A DNA stretch of 64,000 bases, taken from positions 64,001-128,000 of the forward strand of contig CBDBIB010000003.1 of NCBI GenBank assembly GCA_965205945.1, read 5' to 3'. The position numbers and the translations under genes are program-made. Positions 50,646-61,505 of this stretch are shown piece after piece (the stretch's first letter is position 1; the number at the start of each line of letters is the position of its first letter). The notes under the pieces were generated by a model. It saw only the letters and a list, made by a program, of their open reading frames with translations. It did not search any database and was not told the DNA's origin. The DNA comes from Bdellovibrionales bacterium. GTDB taxonomy: Bacteria > Bdellovibrionota > Bdellovibrionia > Bdellovibrionales > UBA1609.

Positions 50646-51176
50646 ATGGGGTATAATAAAAATCTTGCAAAAAAAGTTTATGATGTTTCCCACATTACGG
50701 GAGATTTTTTATTAAGGTCAGGGCGGCGCTCAACAGAATATTTTGATAAGTATCGTTTTGAGGCCAATCCTTTTATATTATCTGAAATAGCTAAAGAGTT
50801 TATTTCATATATAAAGCCAGAACATGTTGCCCTAGCGGGTTTAGAAACCGGTGGTATTCCTTTAGCTACAGCACTTTCTCTTCTATCAGGAAAGCCTGTT
50901 TGTTTTGTAAGAAAAAAATCTAAAAACTATGGCACTTGTCAGTTTGCAGAGGGTCTTGATATTAAAAATAAAAATCTTTTAGTAATCGAAGACGTCGTTA
51001 CCACTGGTGGTCAGTTAAAAGAGTCCATAAAGGCTTTGCGCTCTTGTGGAGCTGTTATCACTCATGCACTATGTGTAATTATGCGAGGATCTAAGGAAGA
51101 AATTAAAACAACTCTTAAAAAAGAACTTAATATCGAGCTTGATTGGCTTTTTACTAAAGAGCAGCTCACTTTGTAA
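50646..51176 (+). CDS. pyrE: Orotate phosphoribosyltransferase
   Basis: GDFLLRSG, YFDK, VRK and IEDVVTTGG. Confidence 0.92.
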   Translation: MGYNKNLAKKVYDVSHITGDFLLRSGRRSTEYFDKYRFEANPFILSEIAKEFISYIKPEHVALAGLETGGIPLATALSLLSGKPVCFVRKKSKNYGTCQFAEGLDIKNKNLLVIEDVVTTGGQLKESIKALRSCGAVITHALCVIMRGSKEEIKTTLKKELNIELDWLFTKEQLTL

Positions 51177-51338
51177 ATAATATTTTAATAATTTATCGAT
51201 TCTTAAATTCAGATTTTACGTTTAAATCTTAGATGAATTATTAAAAGCCTTTAACATTATCTTTAATAAAACCCTTACGTAGGTATAAAATAATTTAACA
51301 GCTTGTTTTTAGAAAAGTTTTTTGAAATAATTTTTGAT

Positions 51339-51641
51339 ATGAAGCTTGTTTTAATGATTTTATCAAATACAAAGTACACTGTAATAGTATGTGCTTTGGT
51401 TTTATTCCTTGCATTATTTGTTAGGGGAAGCTTTTTTGATTATTTTAAAATGAAAGCATATCAAATAAAAATTGCTCAAGAGATTAAAGCTATTCAGGTT
51501 CTTTCTAAGGATTTTAAAAAGAAACTTGAAAAAGTAAATGATCCTCATTTTATAGAAAAACAAATCAAAGAGAGGTTTGATTTTGTAAAAGAGGGTGACC
51601 TAGTTTTTATTTTTTCAAGTCAATCTGAGGGTTCTTTGTAA
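51339..51641 (+). CDS. Septum formation initiator FtsB/DivIC-like protein
   Basis: TM plus coiled coil followed by DPHFIEKQIKERFDFVKEGD. Confidence 0.75.
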   Translation: MKLVLMILSNTKYTVIVCALVLFLALFVRGSFFDYFKMKAYQIKIAQEIKAIQVLSKDFKKKLEKVNDPHFIEKQIKERFDFVKEGDLVFIFSSQSEGSL

Positions 51642-51788
51642 AAAGCAATGTCTGAGTACAAGGTATTTGAGTATTTAAGCTTGCCTTAGTAAGTTAAAAT
51701 GCCTATAGGCAGACAGAGTAAGAATTGTTGCGCGTCAATTTCTTAAAAGTCTTTAATAGTTTAAGGCTTAAAGCGTATAGTTTTATTT

Positions 51789-54296
51789 ATGAAAAACAAA
51801 CTCTATCTTGTTGATGTAAGTTCTATGTTTTTTAGAGCTTTTTTTGCAATCCGTGAACTTAAAAATTCAAAAGGATTTCCTACCAATGCTCTTTATGGGT
51901 TTTTATCCATGACAATAAAATTGTTAAAGGATTTTCAACCAACTCATATGGTTTATTGTCAAGATAGGAAAGAGCCTTCTTTTAGAAAAGAACTTGATCC
52001 ACGTTATAAAGCAAATAGATTAGATATGCCTGAAGATTTAGTTCTTCAAATGCCATATATTCAAAAGCTTATAGGTATTTTAGGTATTCCACAAATGGAT
52101 AAGCTTGGGTATGAAGCTGATGATGTCATAGGTTCTTTAGCGCATTGGGGGGTTAAGAACGGTTTTAAAGTTGTAATAGTAAGTGGGGATAAAGATTTTG
52201 CACAATTGATTAATGAGAATGTTGTTATGTTTGATCCTATGAAGGGGAAAACACTTGATATTAATGCTGTTCAAGAAAGATGGGGTGTTACACCAGAGCA
52301 GTTTATGGATTATTTAGCTATTGTTGGGGATAGTAGTGACAATATTCCAGGTGCTAAAGGGCTTGGGCCAAAGGGGGCCAAAGGGCTTTTAAAGGATTTT
52401 AAAGATCTTAATGGAATTTATAAAAACTTAGATAAAATAAAAGGGGCTACTTATAAAAAACTTTTAGAAAGTAAGGATGAGGTTTATTTATCTAAAAAGT
52501 TAGTAAGTATTGTTACAAATTTAAAACTTTTAAAAAAAACTGATGATGCAATGTTAAAAGAAATCAATCAAACTGATTTAAAAATTCTTTTTAAAGAGCT
52601 TGAATTTGAATCGTTTTTAAAAATTTTTGAAAGATCTAATGTTATTAAAAGCAAAGAATCTAAAGAAGAGGTTCAAATTATAGAAATTAAAAAAGTTAAA
52701 GATTTAAAAAGTTTTTTTCAAAGAAATGAAGAAGTTTTTTATATGGAATCTAATAGAGGTGAAGTTTTAGTTTCATCTAAGGATAAGTATTATGTTCTTC
52801 CTTACAAAGTAGAGGATTTGTTAGCTATTGGGAAAGTAGTTAAAGATTTGAATTTAAAATTTTTAGGCTTTGGACTTAAAAGTTTTTTTAGAAAACTTGG
52901 AGTATCAGATTTAAATGTCACAGATGATATTAAACTTATGTGCTACTCTTTAGTTTCAAATAACTGGGATTTTAAAAAGGCATACCTTTATTTTTGTAAA
53001 GAAGAGCTCTCAGATTTATTAACCACTAAAGCGTTACACAAAGCACAGATTAAGCTATATAAGCAACTTTCTAAAAGTTTGAGTAAGGAAACGTTTAAGC
53101 TTTATAAGGAAATAGATCTTCCTTTAATGAAGATCTTGTTGGATATGGAGTTTGAAGGAGTTTTGTTAGATGAAAAAATGCTCGTATCTCATAGCAAAGA
53201 ACTTAAGGCAAGAATCTTTAAAATTACAGAAGAAGTTAATACAATGGTTAAAAATCCATTTAATCTTGCAAGCCCTAAACAACTTGCAAAAGTTCTTTTT
53301 CAAGATTTAGGGCTAACCCCTCTTAAGAAAACTAAAACAGGGTTTTCAACAAATACGGATGTTTTAGAAAAGTTAAAGACTAAACATCCAATTTGTGAAA
53401 AAATTATTGAGTTTAGAGAATTAAGTAAACTTAATTCTACTTATGTAGATGCTATCCCAAAACTAATGAACGCTAAAACCAATAGAGTTCATACAACTTA
53501 TAAACAGGCGTTAACAACAACAGGAAGGCTTTCTAGTGTGAATCCTAATCTTCAAAATATTCCTATTCGTACAGAAGAGGGGAGGAGGATAAGAAAAGCC
53601 TTTATTGCAAAGCCTGGTTATGTTTTAGTATCAGCGGATTATTCTCAAATTGAGCTTAGAATTTTAGCTCATATAACAAGAGATAAAGGCCTTATGGAAG
53701 CTTTTTTAAATAATCAGGATGTGCATGCAAGAACTGCTGCTGAAGTATTTGGTGTGGCCTTAGATGAAGTCACGACTGAGCAAAGGCGCATGGCTAAGGC
53801 TGTAAACTTTGGAATTGCCTATGGCCAAGGAGCATATGGTCTGGCTGAGGTTTTAGGTATTTCTAGAAAAGAAGGCAAAGAGATTATTCAAAGTTATTTT
53901 TTAAAATTTCCAGGTGTAAAGGGTTATATTCAAGAAACTATAGAGGCGGCAAAGCAGGATTTTTTTACAGTAACGTTATTAGGAAGGAAAAGAGAGCTTG
54001 ATGAGTTAAAATCGTCTAATAAAATGCTTCAAAAATTTGGTGAGCGAGCTGCAATTAATGCTCCCATTCAAGGTATGGCTTCAGATTTAATTAAACTTGC
54101 TATGATTAAAGTGGTTGAAAAAGTAAAATCACCACTTTTACTTCAAGTGCATGATGAACTTGTTTTAGAGGTTAAAGAGGAAGATTTAGAGTCTGAGAAA
54201 ATATTAATTAAAAGTGCTATGGAAGGGGTTTATAAGCTTAATGTTCCACTTACTATAAGAATAGGTTCAGGGCACACTTGGAATGATGCACATTAA
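51789..54296 (+). CDS. polA: DNA polymerase I
   Basis: 5'-3' exonuclease (EADDVIG, GDSSDNIPG) and polymerase motifs (TGRLSS, ADYSQIELR, KAVNFGIAYG, QVHDEL). Confidence 0.98.
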   Translation: MKNKLYLVDVSSMFFRAFFAIRELKNSKGFPTNALYGFLSMTIKLLKDFQPTHMVYCQDRKEPSFRKELDPRYKANRLDMPEDLVLQMPYIQKLIGILGIPQMDKLGYEADDVIGSLAHWGVKNGFKVVIVSGDKDFAQLINENVVMFDPMKGKTLDINAVQERWGVTPEQFMDYLAIVGDSSDNIPGAKGLGPKGAKGLLKDFKDLNGIYKNLDKIKGATYKKLLESKDEVYLSKKLVSIVTNLKLLKKTDDAMLKEINQTDLKILFKELEFESFLKIFERSNVIKSKESKEEVQIIEIKKVKDLKSFFQRNEEVFYMESNRGEVLVSSKDKYYVLPYKVEDLLAIGKVVKDLNLKFLGFGLKSFFRKLGVSDLNVTDDIKLMCYSLVSNNWDFKKAYLYFCKEELSDLLTTKALHKAQIKLYKQLSKSLSKETFKLYKEIDLPLMKILLDMEFEGVLLDEKMLVSHSKELKARIFKITEEVNTMVKNPFNLASPKQLAKVLFQDLGLTPLKKTKTGFSTNTDVLEKLKTKHPICEKIIEFRELSKLNSTYVDAIPKLMNAKTNRVHTTYKQALTTTGRLSSVNPNLQNIPIRTEEGRRIRKAFIAKPGYVLVSADYSQIELRILAHITRDKGLMEAFLNNQDVHARTAAEVFGVALDEVTTEQRRMAKAVNFGIAYGQGAYGLAEVLGISRKEGKEIIQSYFLKFPGVKGYIQETIEAAKQDFFTVTLLGRKRELDELKSSNKMLQKFGERAAINAPIQGMASDLIKLAMIKVVEKVKSPLLLQVHDELVLEVKEEDLESEKILIKSAMEGVYKLNVPLTIRIGSGHTWNDAH

Positions 54297-54369
54297 ATTA
54301 TACATATTTATTTAGTGTAATCTAGCTAAAGTAAAGAGTTAGATTGTATTTATTGGCCTAAGTGCTGAA

Positions 54370-54704
54370 GTGGTTTTTCATTCAGATCGTGGGGTTAAAT
54401 ACGCTAGTGATGCTTACAGAAGGTTTTTAAAAAACAAAAAGATGAAGCCAAGTATGAGTAGGAAAGTGAATTGCTATGATAACGCATATGTTGAGAGTTG
54501 GTTTTTAAGTTTAAAAAAAGAATTTTTATATAGAAAAAACTATACTGGAGAAAGAGAATTAAGATCGTTGGTGTTTAAATATATTTAAGTTTGGTATAAC
54601 AAGAAAAAAAGACATTCTTTGTTTGATTATCAAAGCCCTAAAGGGTATATAATTAAACAGAACCTTGCATAGAAAAAAGTGTTCTATTTCCTTAGGCAAG
54701 TTCA
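54370..54704 (+). pseudogene. IS3-family transposase 3' remnant with probable right end
   Basis: HSDRG..Y, SMSR..NCYDNA..ES integrase core; internal stop, then WYN...RHS..YQSP; ends in ...ggcaagttCA. Confidence 0.85.
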
Positions 54705-54710
54705 CATGAG

Positions 54711-55958
54711 TTAAACAGTCTGTAGATATTTTTTGATTTTATCATGGAGGGTGCTTTTTGCAATTCCTAGGTCTTTTGCTGTTTTTCTTTGATTTCCAGA
54801 ATTTTTAGAAAGAGTTTGTAAAATCATTTGTTTTTCAAATTCTTTAACAACAGATTTAGATTTTGGTATTTTAGCCTTGTTTTGATAAAATTTACCTAAA
54901 AGGCCTTCTACACTATCACTTTGAACACCTTTTTGACTATAAATTACAGATGCCCTTTGGACTAAGTTTTTAAGTTCTCTAATATTTCCAAGCCAAGGGT
55001 GTTCTTTTAACTTTGAGATAGCTTCGGGTGAGAATCTTACTCTATATTGTCTAGCAAAGAAGAATAGTAAATCCTCAAAGTCTTCCATTCTTTCCGATAA
55101 TCCAGGAGGGTTTAATGTTAAAGTATGAAGTCTATAAAAAAGATCTTCTCTAAAAGAACTGTCTTGAACTTTTTTAAATAGGTTTTTGTGAGTAGAGGCT
55201 ATGATTCGAACATCAATTTTAAGAGCTTTATCACTTCCAACTGGGCGAATTTCCTTATTTTCTAGAGCTCTTAAAAGTTTTGGTTGGAGAGCTAGGGGGA
55301 GATCTCCAATTTCATCAAGTAAAAGAGTTCCACCTTGAGCTTGTTGGAAAGCGCCTTTACGACTTTTTGTAGCTCCTGTAAAGGCTCCTTCAATGTGCCC
55401 GAAGAGTTCACTTTCAATTAACTGTTCGTTAAAAGCTGAGCAGTTAATGCTAACAAGTTCACCATAGGCGCGTGGTGAGTTAAAATGTAGGGATCTTGCT
55501 ACAAACTCTTTACCCGTTCCAGAAGGTCCTAGAATAAGTACTGGCACTTCAGAGGCTGCGTAGACAGGAAGTTTTTCTAAATCAGCTTTCCATTTTTTAT
55601 TTTTAGATTGGTAGAATTCTTTAGGAATTTTAGAGTCTAGATCTAAACTCTCACGGTACTTGAATATAGAATTTCCAACCTGAATTTGATCATAAGCTTT
55701 TAAAGGGGCCTGTAGGACTTGCTCCCCATTTAAGAAGGTGCCATTTTTACTTTTTAGATCTTTAAGAATGTATTGGGTTTCTTTTTTTTCAATTCTACAG
55801 TGTTTTTGAGATGCAAATGAGTCATTAAAAAAAACAAGGTTATTAGAAGGGTGTCGCCCAACAGAAAAAAAATCATCTAATTCAATGATTTTTTCTTCAA
55901 ATTCTATGAAATATCTTTCAGCAGGTTTTTTCTTTGTTTCAAGGATTTTAGTATTCAT
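54711..55958 (-). CDS. FHA-domain sigma-54-dependent transcriptional activator
   Basis: VGR...SQKH...SKNGT FHA domain; GPSGTGKE, ESELFGH..GAFTGA, and a Fis-type HTH. Confidence 0.93.
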   Translation of the reverse strand: MNTKILETKKKPAERYFIEFEEKIIELDDFFSVGRHPSNNLVFFNDSFASQKHCRIEKKETQYILKDLKSKNGTFLNGEQVLQAPLKAYDQIQVGNSIFKYRESLDLDSKIPKEFYQSKNKKWKADLEKLPVYAASEVPVLILGPSGTGKEFVARSLHFNSPRAYGELVSINCSAFNEQLIESELFGHIEGAFTGATKSRKGAFQQAQGGTLLLDEIGDLPLALQPKLLRALENKEIRPVGSDKALKIDVRIIASTHKNLFKKVQDSSFREDLFYRLHTLTLNPPGLSERMEDFEDLLFFFARQYRVRFSPEAISKLKEHPWLGNIRELKNLVQRASVIYSQKGVQSDSVEGLLGKFYQNKAKIPKSKSVVKEFEKQMILQTLSKNSGNQRKTAKDLGIAKSTLHDKIKKYLQTV

Positions 55959-56101
55959 GGGGCTCCCTTTTGTTTAAATATTTGTTAGAACTAGTAGTGT
56001 GCAAAAACTGGTTGCTCCTTAGAATTTGTTTAGCCTATAAGGTAGTAATAAAGGCATCCGGGTTTCGGATCAAATATAGATTAATGGAGTGAATTTTTTT
56101 T

Positions 56102-56686
56102 ATGAATAAGTACCCTTATTTTATAAAAAGTGCCTTAGGGCCAGAGACTTATCCTGTACATAAAGGGGTGGAGCTTGCTTTTTTAGGAGCTTCAAACTCT
56201 GGAAAATCCACTTTAGTAAACGCTCTTTTAGGTAAAGATTTATGTAAAACAAGCTCTAAACCCGGACATACAAGTCTTTTAAATTTTTTTGGAGTTAAAA
56301 ATGGACTTTATTTTGTAGATCTACCAGGCTATGGTTTTGCTAAAAAATCTGAAAAAGACCAAAGAAAATGGCAAAGAGCCATTGAGCTTTATTTAGTTAA
56401 GCGTGAAAATCTAGCTTTGTGCTATGTCTTATTTGATTTAAAAAGGGGATTTTTAAATAACGATTTTGATCTTTTAAAGTGGCTTAAGTATAATGGGGTT
56501 CCATACGCCATGGTTGCTACAAAAGTGGATAAACTTAATCAGAAAGAGGAGGCGCTGGCCTTAAGAGCAGCTAAGCAAATAGGATTTCAAGGAGGATTTT
56601 TTAAAACCTCTAGTGTAAAAAAAAAGGGTTTAAAGGAACTTTGGAGCCATATTGATGGTTTTTTAAAGGTTTCAGCTTCTCTTTAA
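56102..56686 (+). CDS. engB: GTP-binding protein EngB/YihA
   Basis: GASNSGKS, KPGHT, DLPGYG and TKVDKL. Confidence 0.92.
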   Translation: MNKYPYFIKSALGPETYPVHKGVELAFLGASNSGKSTLVNALLGKDLCKTSSKPGHTSLLNFFGVKNGLYFVDLPGYGFAKKSEKDQRKWQRAIELYLVKRENLALCYVLFDLKRGFLNNDFDLLKWLKYNGVPYAMVATKVDKLNQKEEALALRAAKQIGFQGGFFKTSSVKKKGLKELWSHIDGFLKVSASL

Positions 56687-56713
56687 GATTTATTAGTGTT
56701 ATTTAGAAGACCC

Positions 56714-57481
56714 ATGAAGCACATGGCGGTAATTCCAGCACGATTAGAATCAAAAAGGCTTGCTAAAAAGCCACTCCAGCTTATTAACCATAAGCCATTA
56801 ATTGTTTATGTAGCTGAAGAAGTAGAAAGAACAGGTGTTTTTAAACATATCTATGTGGCTACAGACTCTAAAGAGGTGTTTAATCTTTTTAAAGGTCATT
56901 CAGTAAAAGCCATTATGACATCGGTTAAGCATCAAAGTGGCACAGATAGAATCAATGAAGCCATTAGCAAAGTTCATGAGGATTTTGATACAGTCTTTAA
57001 CGTTCAAGGGGATGAGCCGTTTATTTATAAGCAGGACCTTTTAAACCTTAAAAACTCACTTGAGATGGGGTTAAAAATGATTTCTTTATACGAAGAAATA
57101 AAACCACAAGATATAAAGGATGAAAATAAAGTTAAAGTTATTTTAAACAACCAAAATGAAGCAATTTATTTTAGTAGATTTGGAATCCCTTTTTCAAAAA
57201 AAAATGCTTTAAATACTATAGACTCTAAATTTGTAGGTAAACATATAGGGGTTTATGCCTATGAAAAAAACTTTTTAAAAAGTTTTTGTGCTGAACCTAT
57301 GGGGCATCATGAAACTTTTGAAAAGCTTGAGCAATTAAGAGCACTGCAAATGGGTGAGAAAGTAAAAATGATTTTAACTAGAAATACCTATCAAAGTGTA
57401 GACACCATGAAAGATTTAAAAAAAGTAAATGAAATTTTAAATTTAAATAAGAAAAATAAAATAGAAGATAAAATAAGATGA
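56714..57481 (+). CDS. kdsB: CMP-KDO synthetase
   Basis: [29 protein letters not shown] and EKLEQLRAL. Confidence 0.95.
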   Translation: MKHMAVIPARLESKRLAKKPLQLINHKPLIVYVAEEVERTGVFKHIYVATDSKEVFNLFKGHSVKAIMTSVKHQSGTDRINEAISKVHEDFDTVFNVQGDEPFIYKQDLLNLKNSLEMGLKMISLYEEIKPQDIKDENKVKVILNNQNEAIYFSRFGIPFSKKNALNTIDSKFVGKHIGVYAYEKNFLKSFCAEPMGHHETFEKLEQLRALQMGEKVKMILTRNTYQSVDTMKDLKKVNEILNLNKKNKIEDKIR

Positions 57482-59091
57482 AAGATAAAAAAATTATATT
57501 TATAACAGGTGGTGTGATTTCTTCTATTGGAAAAGGTCTAACAGCAGCAAGCATAGGAGCGCTTTTAGAAGAGCGAGGTGTAAATGTAGGGATTATGAAA
57601 TGTGATCCATATATTAATATAGATCCGGGAACAATGTCGCCCTTACAGCATGGTGAAGTCTATGTAACAGAGGATGGTGCGGAAACAGATTTAGATTTAG
57701 GGCACTATGAAAGGTTTACATCAAGTATACTAACTCGTGGACATAGCATCACTGCAGGTCAAGTTTATGAGACTGTTATAGCAAGAGAGAGACGCGGTGA
57801 CTATCTTGGTGGAACTGTACAGGTGATTCCACATATTACAGATGAAATTAAAAAAAGAATTTTATCATTAACTAATGAGTGTGATGTTCTTATAGTAGAA
57901 ATTGGGGGGACAGTAGGTGACATTGAAGGGCTTCCTTTTATTGAGGCTATTCGTCAAATGAGAACTGACCTTGGGTTTGAGAATACAATTTTTATACATA
58001 TTACATTTATTCCATATATTAAAACAATAGGAGAGTTAAAAAGTAAACCAACCCAGCACTCAGTTAAAGCCTTAAGAGAAGTTGGAATACAACCTGATAT
58101 TTTGATTTGTAGAAGTGAGCAAAAACTTCCAGAAGAAGTTAAATCAAAAATTGGACTATTTTGCTCAGTGCATCCGAATTTGGTCATTGGAGCTGAAGAT
58201 TCAGTAAGTATTTATGATGTTCCATTAAAGCTTCACAGACAAGGGCTTGATGAAAGAATTTTTAAAAGACTAGGGTTAATAGGACATGAACCAGATCTTA
58301 AGAAATGGGAAGTTTTTACAGGAATTATTCATAACCCACAAACTAAAATAAAAATTGCCTTAGTTGGTAAATATGTGGATCTTAAAGAAAGCTATAAATC
58401 ATTACATGAAGCACTTATTCATGCAGGTGCTCAGATGAAAACTAAAGTTGAAATTGAATACGTAGATTCTGAAAAATTTGAAAAAAATAGTATAAAAGCT
58501 TTTAAAATTCTTAAAAAAGTTTCAGGAATTTTAGTTCCAGGTGGTTTTGGAGATAGAGGTATTGAAGGAAAGATTAAAGCTATTCAATATGCTCGTGAAA
58601 ATAATATTCCTTTTTTTGGAATATGTTTGGGAATGCAGCTATCAGCAATTGAATTTGCTAGAAATGTCTGTAACTTTCCTGAAGCGACAAGCCAAGAGTT
58701 TGAATCAAAAACCTTAAAAAAACCTATGGTTATTCATATTATGGAAAATCAAAAAAGTGTACTTAAAAAGGGTGGAACGATGAGACTTGGAGCCTATCCT
58801 TGTAATTTAGTAAAGGGGACTAAGGCATATAAAGCGTATAAAAATTTAAAAATCCAAGAAAGACATAGGCATAGGTATGAATTTAATAATGAATTTAAAA
58901 CTGTATTTCTTAAAAATGGTGGTTTTTTTTCAGGAATCAATAGCTGTCTAGATTTAGTTGAAATTTTTGAAATACCAATGCATAAGTGGTTTGTAGGAGT
59001 TCAGTTTCATCCAGAGTTTAAATCACAGCCTAATAACCCTCACCCATTATTTTTAGATTTTATTAAAAACTCTTTAAGCCTTGAAAGATAA
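57478..59091 (+). CDS. pyrG: CTP synthase
   Basis: [26 protein letters not shown] and QFHPE. Confidence 0.98.
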   Translation: MKDKKIIFITGGVISSIGKGLTAASIGALLEERGVNVGIMKCDPYINIDPGTMSPLQHGEVYVTEDGAETDLDLGHYERFTSSILTRGHSITAGQVYETVIARERRGDYLGGTVQVIPHITDEIKKRILSLTNECDVLIVEIGGTVGDIEGLPFIEAIRQMRTDLGFENTIFIHITFIPYIKTIGELKSKPTQHSVKALREVGIQPDILICRSEQKLPEEVKSKIGLFCSVHPNLVIGAEDSVSIYDVPLKLHRQGLDERIFKRLGLIGHEPDLKKWEVFTGIIHNPQTKIKIALVGKYVDLKESYKSLHEALIHAGAQMKTKVEIEYVDSEKFEKNSIKAFKILKKVSGILVPGGFGDRGIEGKIKAIQYARENNIPFFGICLGMQLSAIEFARNVCNFPEATSQEFESKTLKKPMVIHIMENQKSVLKKGGTMRLGAYPCNLVKGTKAYKAYKNLKIQERHRHRYEFNNEFKTVFLKNGGFFSGINSCLDLVEIFEIPMHKWFVGVQFHPEFKSQPNNPHPLFLDFIKNSLSLER

Positions 59092-59095
59092 GATT

Positions 59096-60091
59096 ATGAA
59101 AAAAAATAGAATAGATATAGCAACAAACGTTTTAGACATTGAGATTTCTTCCTTAAAGGTTTTAAAAAATAGAGTGGATGAAAAATTTAGTCTTGCAATA
59201 GATATTCTTTTAGAATCAAAAGGTAAAGTGGTGGTTACAGGAATGGGAAAATCTGGAATCATAGGTCAAAAGTTTTCTGCAACATTAAATTCCACAGGAA
59301 CGTCATCATTGTTTTTGCATCCGGCTGAAAGTTCTCATGGAGATTTAGGGGTGGTTTCTGCAGGAGATGTTATTGTTGCAATTAGTTACGGAGGAGGTAG
59401 TAGTGAGCTTGATTCGATTATTGAATATACAAAAAGAAACGGGATTAAACTCATAGGAATAACAGGAAACCTATCTAGCAAATTATCTAAAAATTCAGAT
59501 GTTGTTATTGATATATCTGTTGAAAAAGAAGCTTGTCCTTTAAACCTTTCTCCTACAGCAAGCTCTACGGTAACACTTGTAATGTGCGATGCACTTGCAA
59601 TGGTTTTATTGTATGAAAAAGGTTTTAGAAAAGAAGATTTTGCACAGCTACATCCTGGTGGAGCTCTTGGAAAAAAACTTTTAACAAGAGTAAAGGATGT
59701 GGTCTTTAAACAGCTTTATTTGCCAATGGTTAAAGAGAATGAATCTGTAAAAAATGTTGTAGATATTATGACAAACAGAGAGGTTCGAGGAATTTGTGGG
59801 GTTATTGATGATAAGGGTGTATTAGTGGGCTCCATTACAGATGGTGATGTAAGAAGATGGCTTGGAAAATTTTTTGAAAAAAAAGAAGATTCAAGTAATC
59901 TAAAAGCATTAGATCTTATGAGTAGTAACCCTAAAGTTATTGATGAAAATGAATTAGCTCAAAAAGCCTTATATTTAATGGAACATTTTTCAATCAGTTC
60001 ACTTTTTGTAGTACGAAAAGGAGAGGATATAGATTTTAGTCCTATTGGAATTTTACACATTCAAGATCTTTTAGATGCTAAAATTGCATAA
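59096..60091 (+). CDS. kdsD: Arabinose-5-phosphate isomerase (KpsF/GutQ)
   Basis: GMGKSG, HGDLG, EACP, HPGGALG and a CBS pair. Confidence 0.93.
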   Translation: MKKNRIDIATNVLDIEISSLKVLKNRVDEKFSLAIDILLESKGKVVVTGMGKSGIIGQKFSATLNSTGTSSLFLHPAESSHGDLGVVSAGDVIVAISYGGGSSELDSIIEYTKRNGIKLIGITGNLSSKLSKNSDVVIDISVEKEACPLNLSPTASSTVTLVMCDALAMVLLYEKGFRKEDFAQLHPGGALGKKLLTRVKDVVFKQLYLPMVKENESVKNVVDIMTNREVRGICGVIDDKGVLVGSITDGDVRRWLGKFFEKKEDSSNLKALDLMSSNPKVIDENELAQKALYLMEHFSISSLFVVRKGEDIDFSPIGILHIQDLLDAKIA

Positions 60092-60188
60092 ATATTTGTT
60101 TTAATGTTCTTTTTGGCTCACCTTTAGGCCACTTTGGCCTTGAATAGGTGTACACTTTACGTTTTTTTTGAAAAACTAATGAGCAATT

Positions 60189-60686
60189 ATGAAGATTAAG
60201 TTGAATTTAAAAAATATAAAGCTTTTTTTAAGTGATGTAGATGGAGTTATGACAGATACACGCATTTTCTTAGATGTTCATGGAAATTGGACAAGGCAGT
60301 TTTCTGTGTACGATGGTATAGGCTTAAAAAGACTTCAAGAGCGTGGAGTTCAGGTTGGAGTTATTACTGCAGCTAAAACTAAAGATATTAGAGAAAGGTT
60401 TGAATTTTTAAAAATAGATTTCTTTTATGAAGGGGTGAAGAATAAAGTTGATTATTTAGACAAGATTGTTGAAAAAACAGGCTTTTTGTTAAATGAGATA
60501 GTGTATATAGGAGATGATCTTATGGACCTTCCAGTTATAAAGAGGGTGGGGTTTGGTGTCACGGTTCCTCACGCTCTTAAAGGCATTAAAGATAAAGCAA
60601 GTTATATTACTAAGAACCCAGGTGGATTTGGTGCTGTTCGAGAAGTTTGTGAGATGATTATTTCAAATAAGGATGGTGAACTGTGA
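60189..60686 (+). CDS. kdsC: KDO8P phosphatase
   Basis: DVDGVMTD, GDDLMD and GGFGAVRE. Confidence 0.93.
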   Translation: MKIKLNLKNIKLFLSDVDGVMTDTRIFLDVHGNWTRQFSVYDGIGLKRLQERGVQVGVITAAKTKDIRERFEFLKIDFFYEGVKNKVDYLDKIVEKTGFLLNEIVYIGDDLMDLPVIKRVGFGVTVPHALKGIKDKASYITKNPGGFGAVREVCEMIISNKDGEL

Positions 60687-61435
60687 CAATATTTAGAAAA
60701 TATATTTTCATTTTAGTAAACTTAATGTTTATAAGCCATGCTTTTTCTCAAGTTAAAATAACTTTTCCTGAAGAGGAGCTTGCAACAGAGTCTATTCTAC
60801 CAAAATTTGAAACAACATCAGCTGTTAAAAATAGGAAAGTTAATCATAAAGGAAAATTTGAAATAAACTTTATGGGAGGGATGGTGGCCTCAGAACCTAT
60901 TTATGACCCTTTAAGCTTTGGGCTGTCGTTATCATATCATTTTAACAATACTCAAGGAATTCATATAATGGGTTTAATGTTTAGCAGTGGCCTATCTAAG
61001 AGTGGTAAAAGTTTGCAAGAGGGAAATGTAATTTCAGATTCAGGAGATAAATCAGGGCAAAAATTTGATGCTTTAAAAGCACCACATAAAGAATCTATGC
61101 TTGCAATACATTATCAGTATACTTCATATTATGGAAAAATTTCTTTAACACATGAAAATATAATGAATTTAACACTATCTGGATTAATTGGTGGAGGATT
61201 TTACTCTATGAAGGGTTTAACAGTTCCGGCTGTAAACTTAGGATTAAGTCAAAGGCTTTATTTTAATTCAAGTGTGGCCTTTCGTTTTGATATTTTATTC
61301 TCAGTATTTAATGGTCCCAATATTACAAGTGCTGGAACAGTTAAGCCTAATGAGCCAGCTCCAGATGTTAAAGATTTTAATAAAACAATACAGTTTGATA
61401 CAAATATTTACATGGGGGTAAGCTTTCTTTTGTAA
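60683..61435 (+). CDS. Outer-membrane beta-barrel, Glt-like (gliding motility-associated)
   Basis: Signal peptide, YYGKISL motif and C-terminal GVSFLL; paralogous to the next gene. Confidence 0.65.
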   Translation: MTIFRKYIFILVNLMFISHAFSQVKITFPEEELATESILPKFETTSAVKNRKVNHKGKFEINFMGGMVASEPIYDPLSFGLSLSYHFNNTQGIHIMGLMFSSGLSKSGKSLQEGNVISDSGDKSGQKFDALKAPHKESMLAIHYQYTSYYGKISLTHENIMNLTLSGLIGGGFYSMKGLTVPAVNLGLSQRLYFNSSVAFRFDILFSVFNGPNITSAGTVKPNEPAPDVKDFNKTIQFDTNIYMGVSFLL

Positions 61436-61505
61436 AACTTAATAAAGCTTAGAGTACGCATTAAGAACAAAGCTTTGGATAAGATCAGAGTTTTAGGGGT
61501 TAGAA

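Noticed and set aside
28000..51300. Possible GC-skew reversal (inversion or replication terminus near the dif-like sites)
   Set aside because: Spot counts were inconsistent and confounded by coding-strand bias. A computed cumulative or third-position skew is needed; a sharp switch at ~35.6 kb would instead argue that this is the chromosomal dif region.
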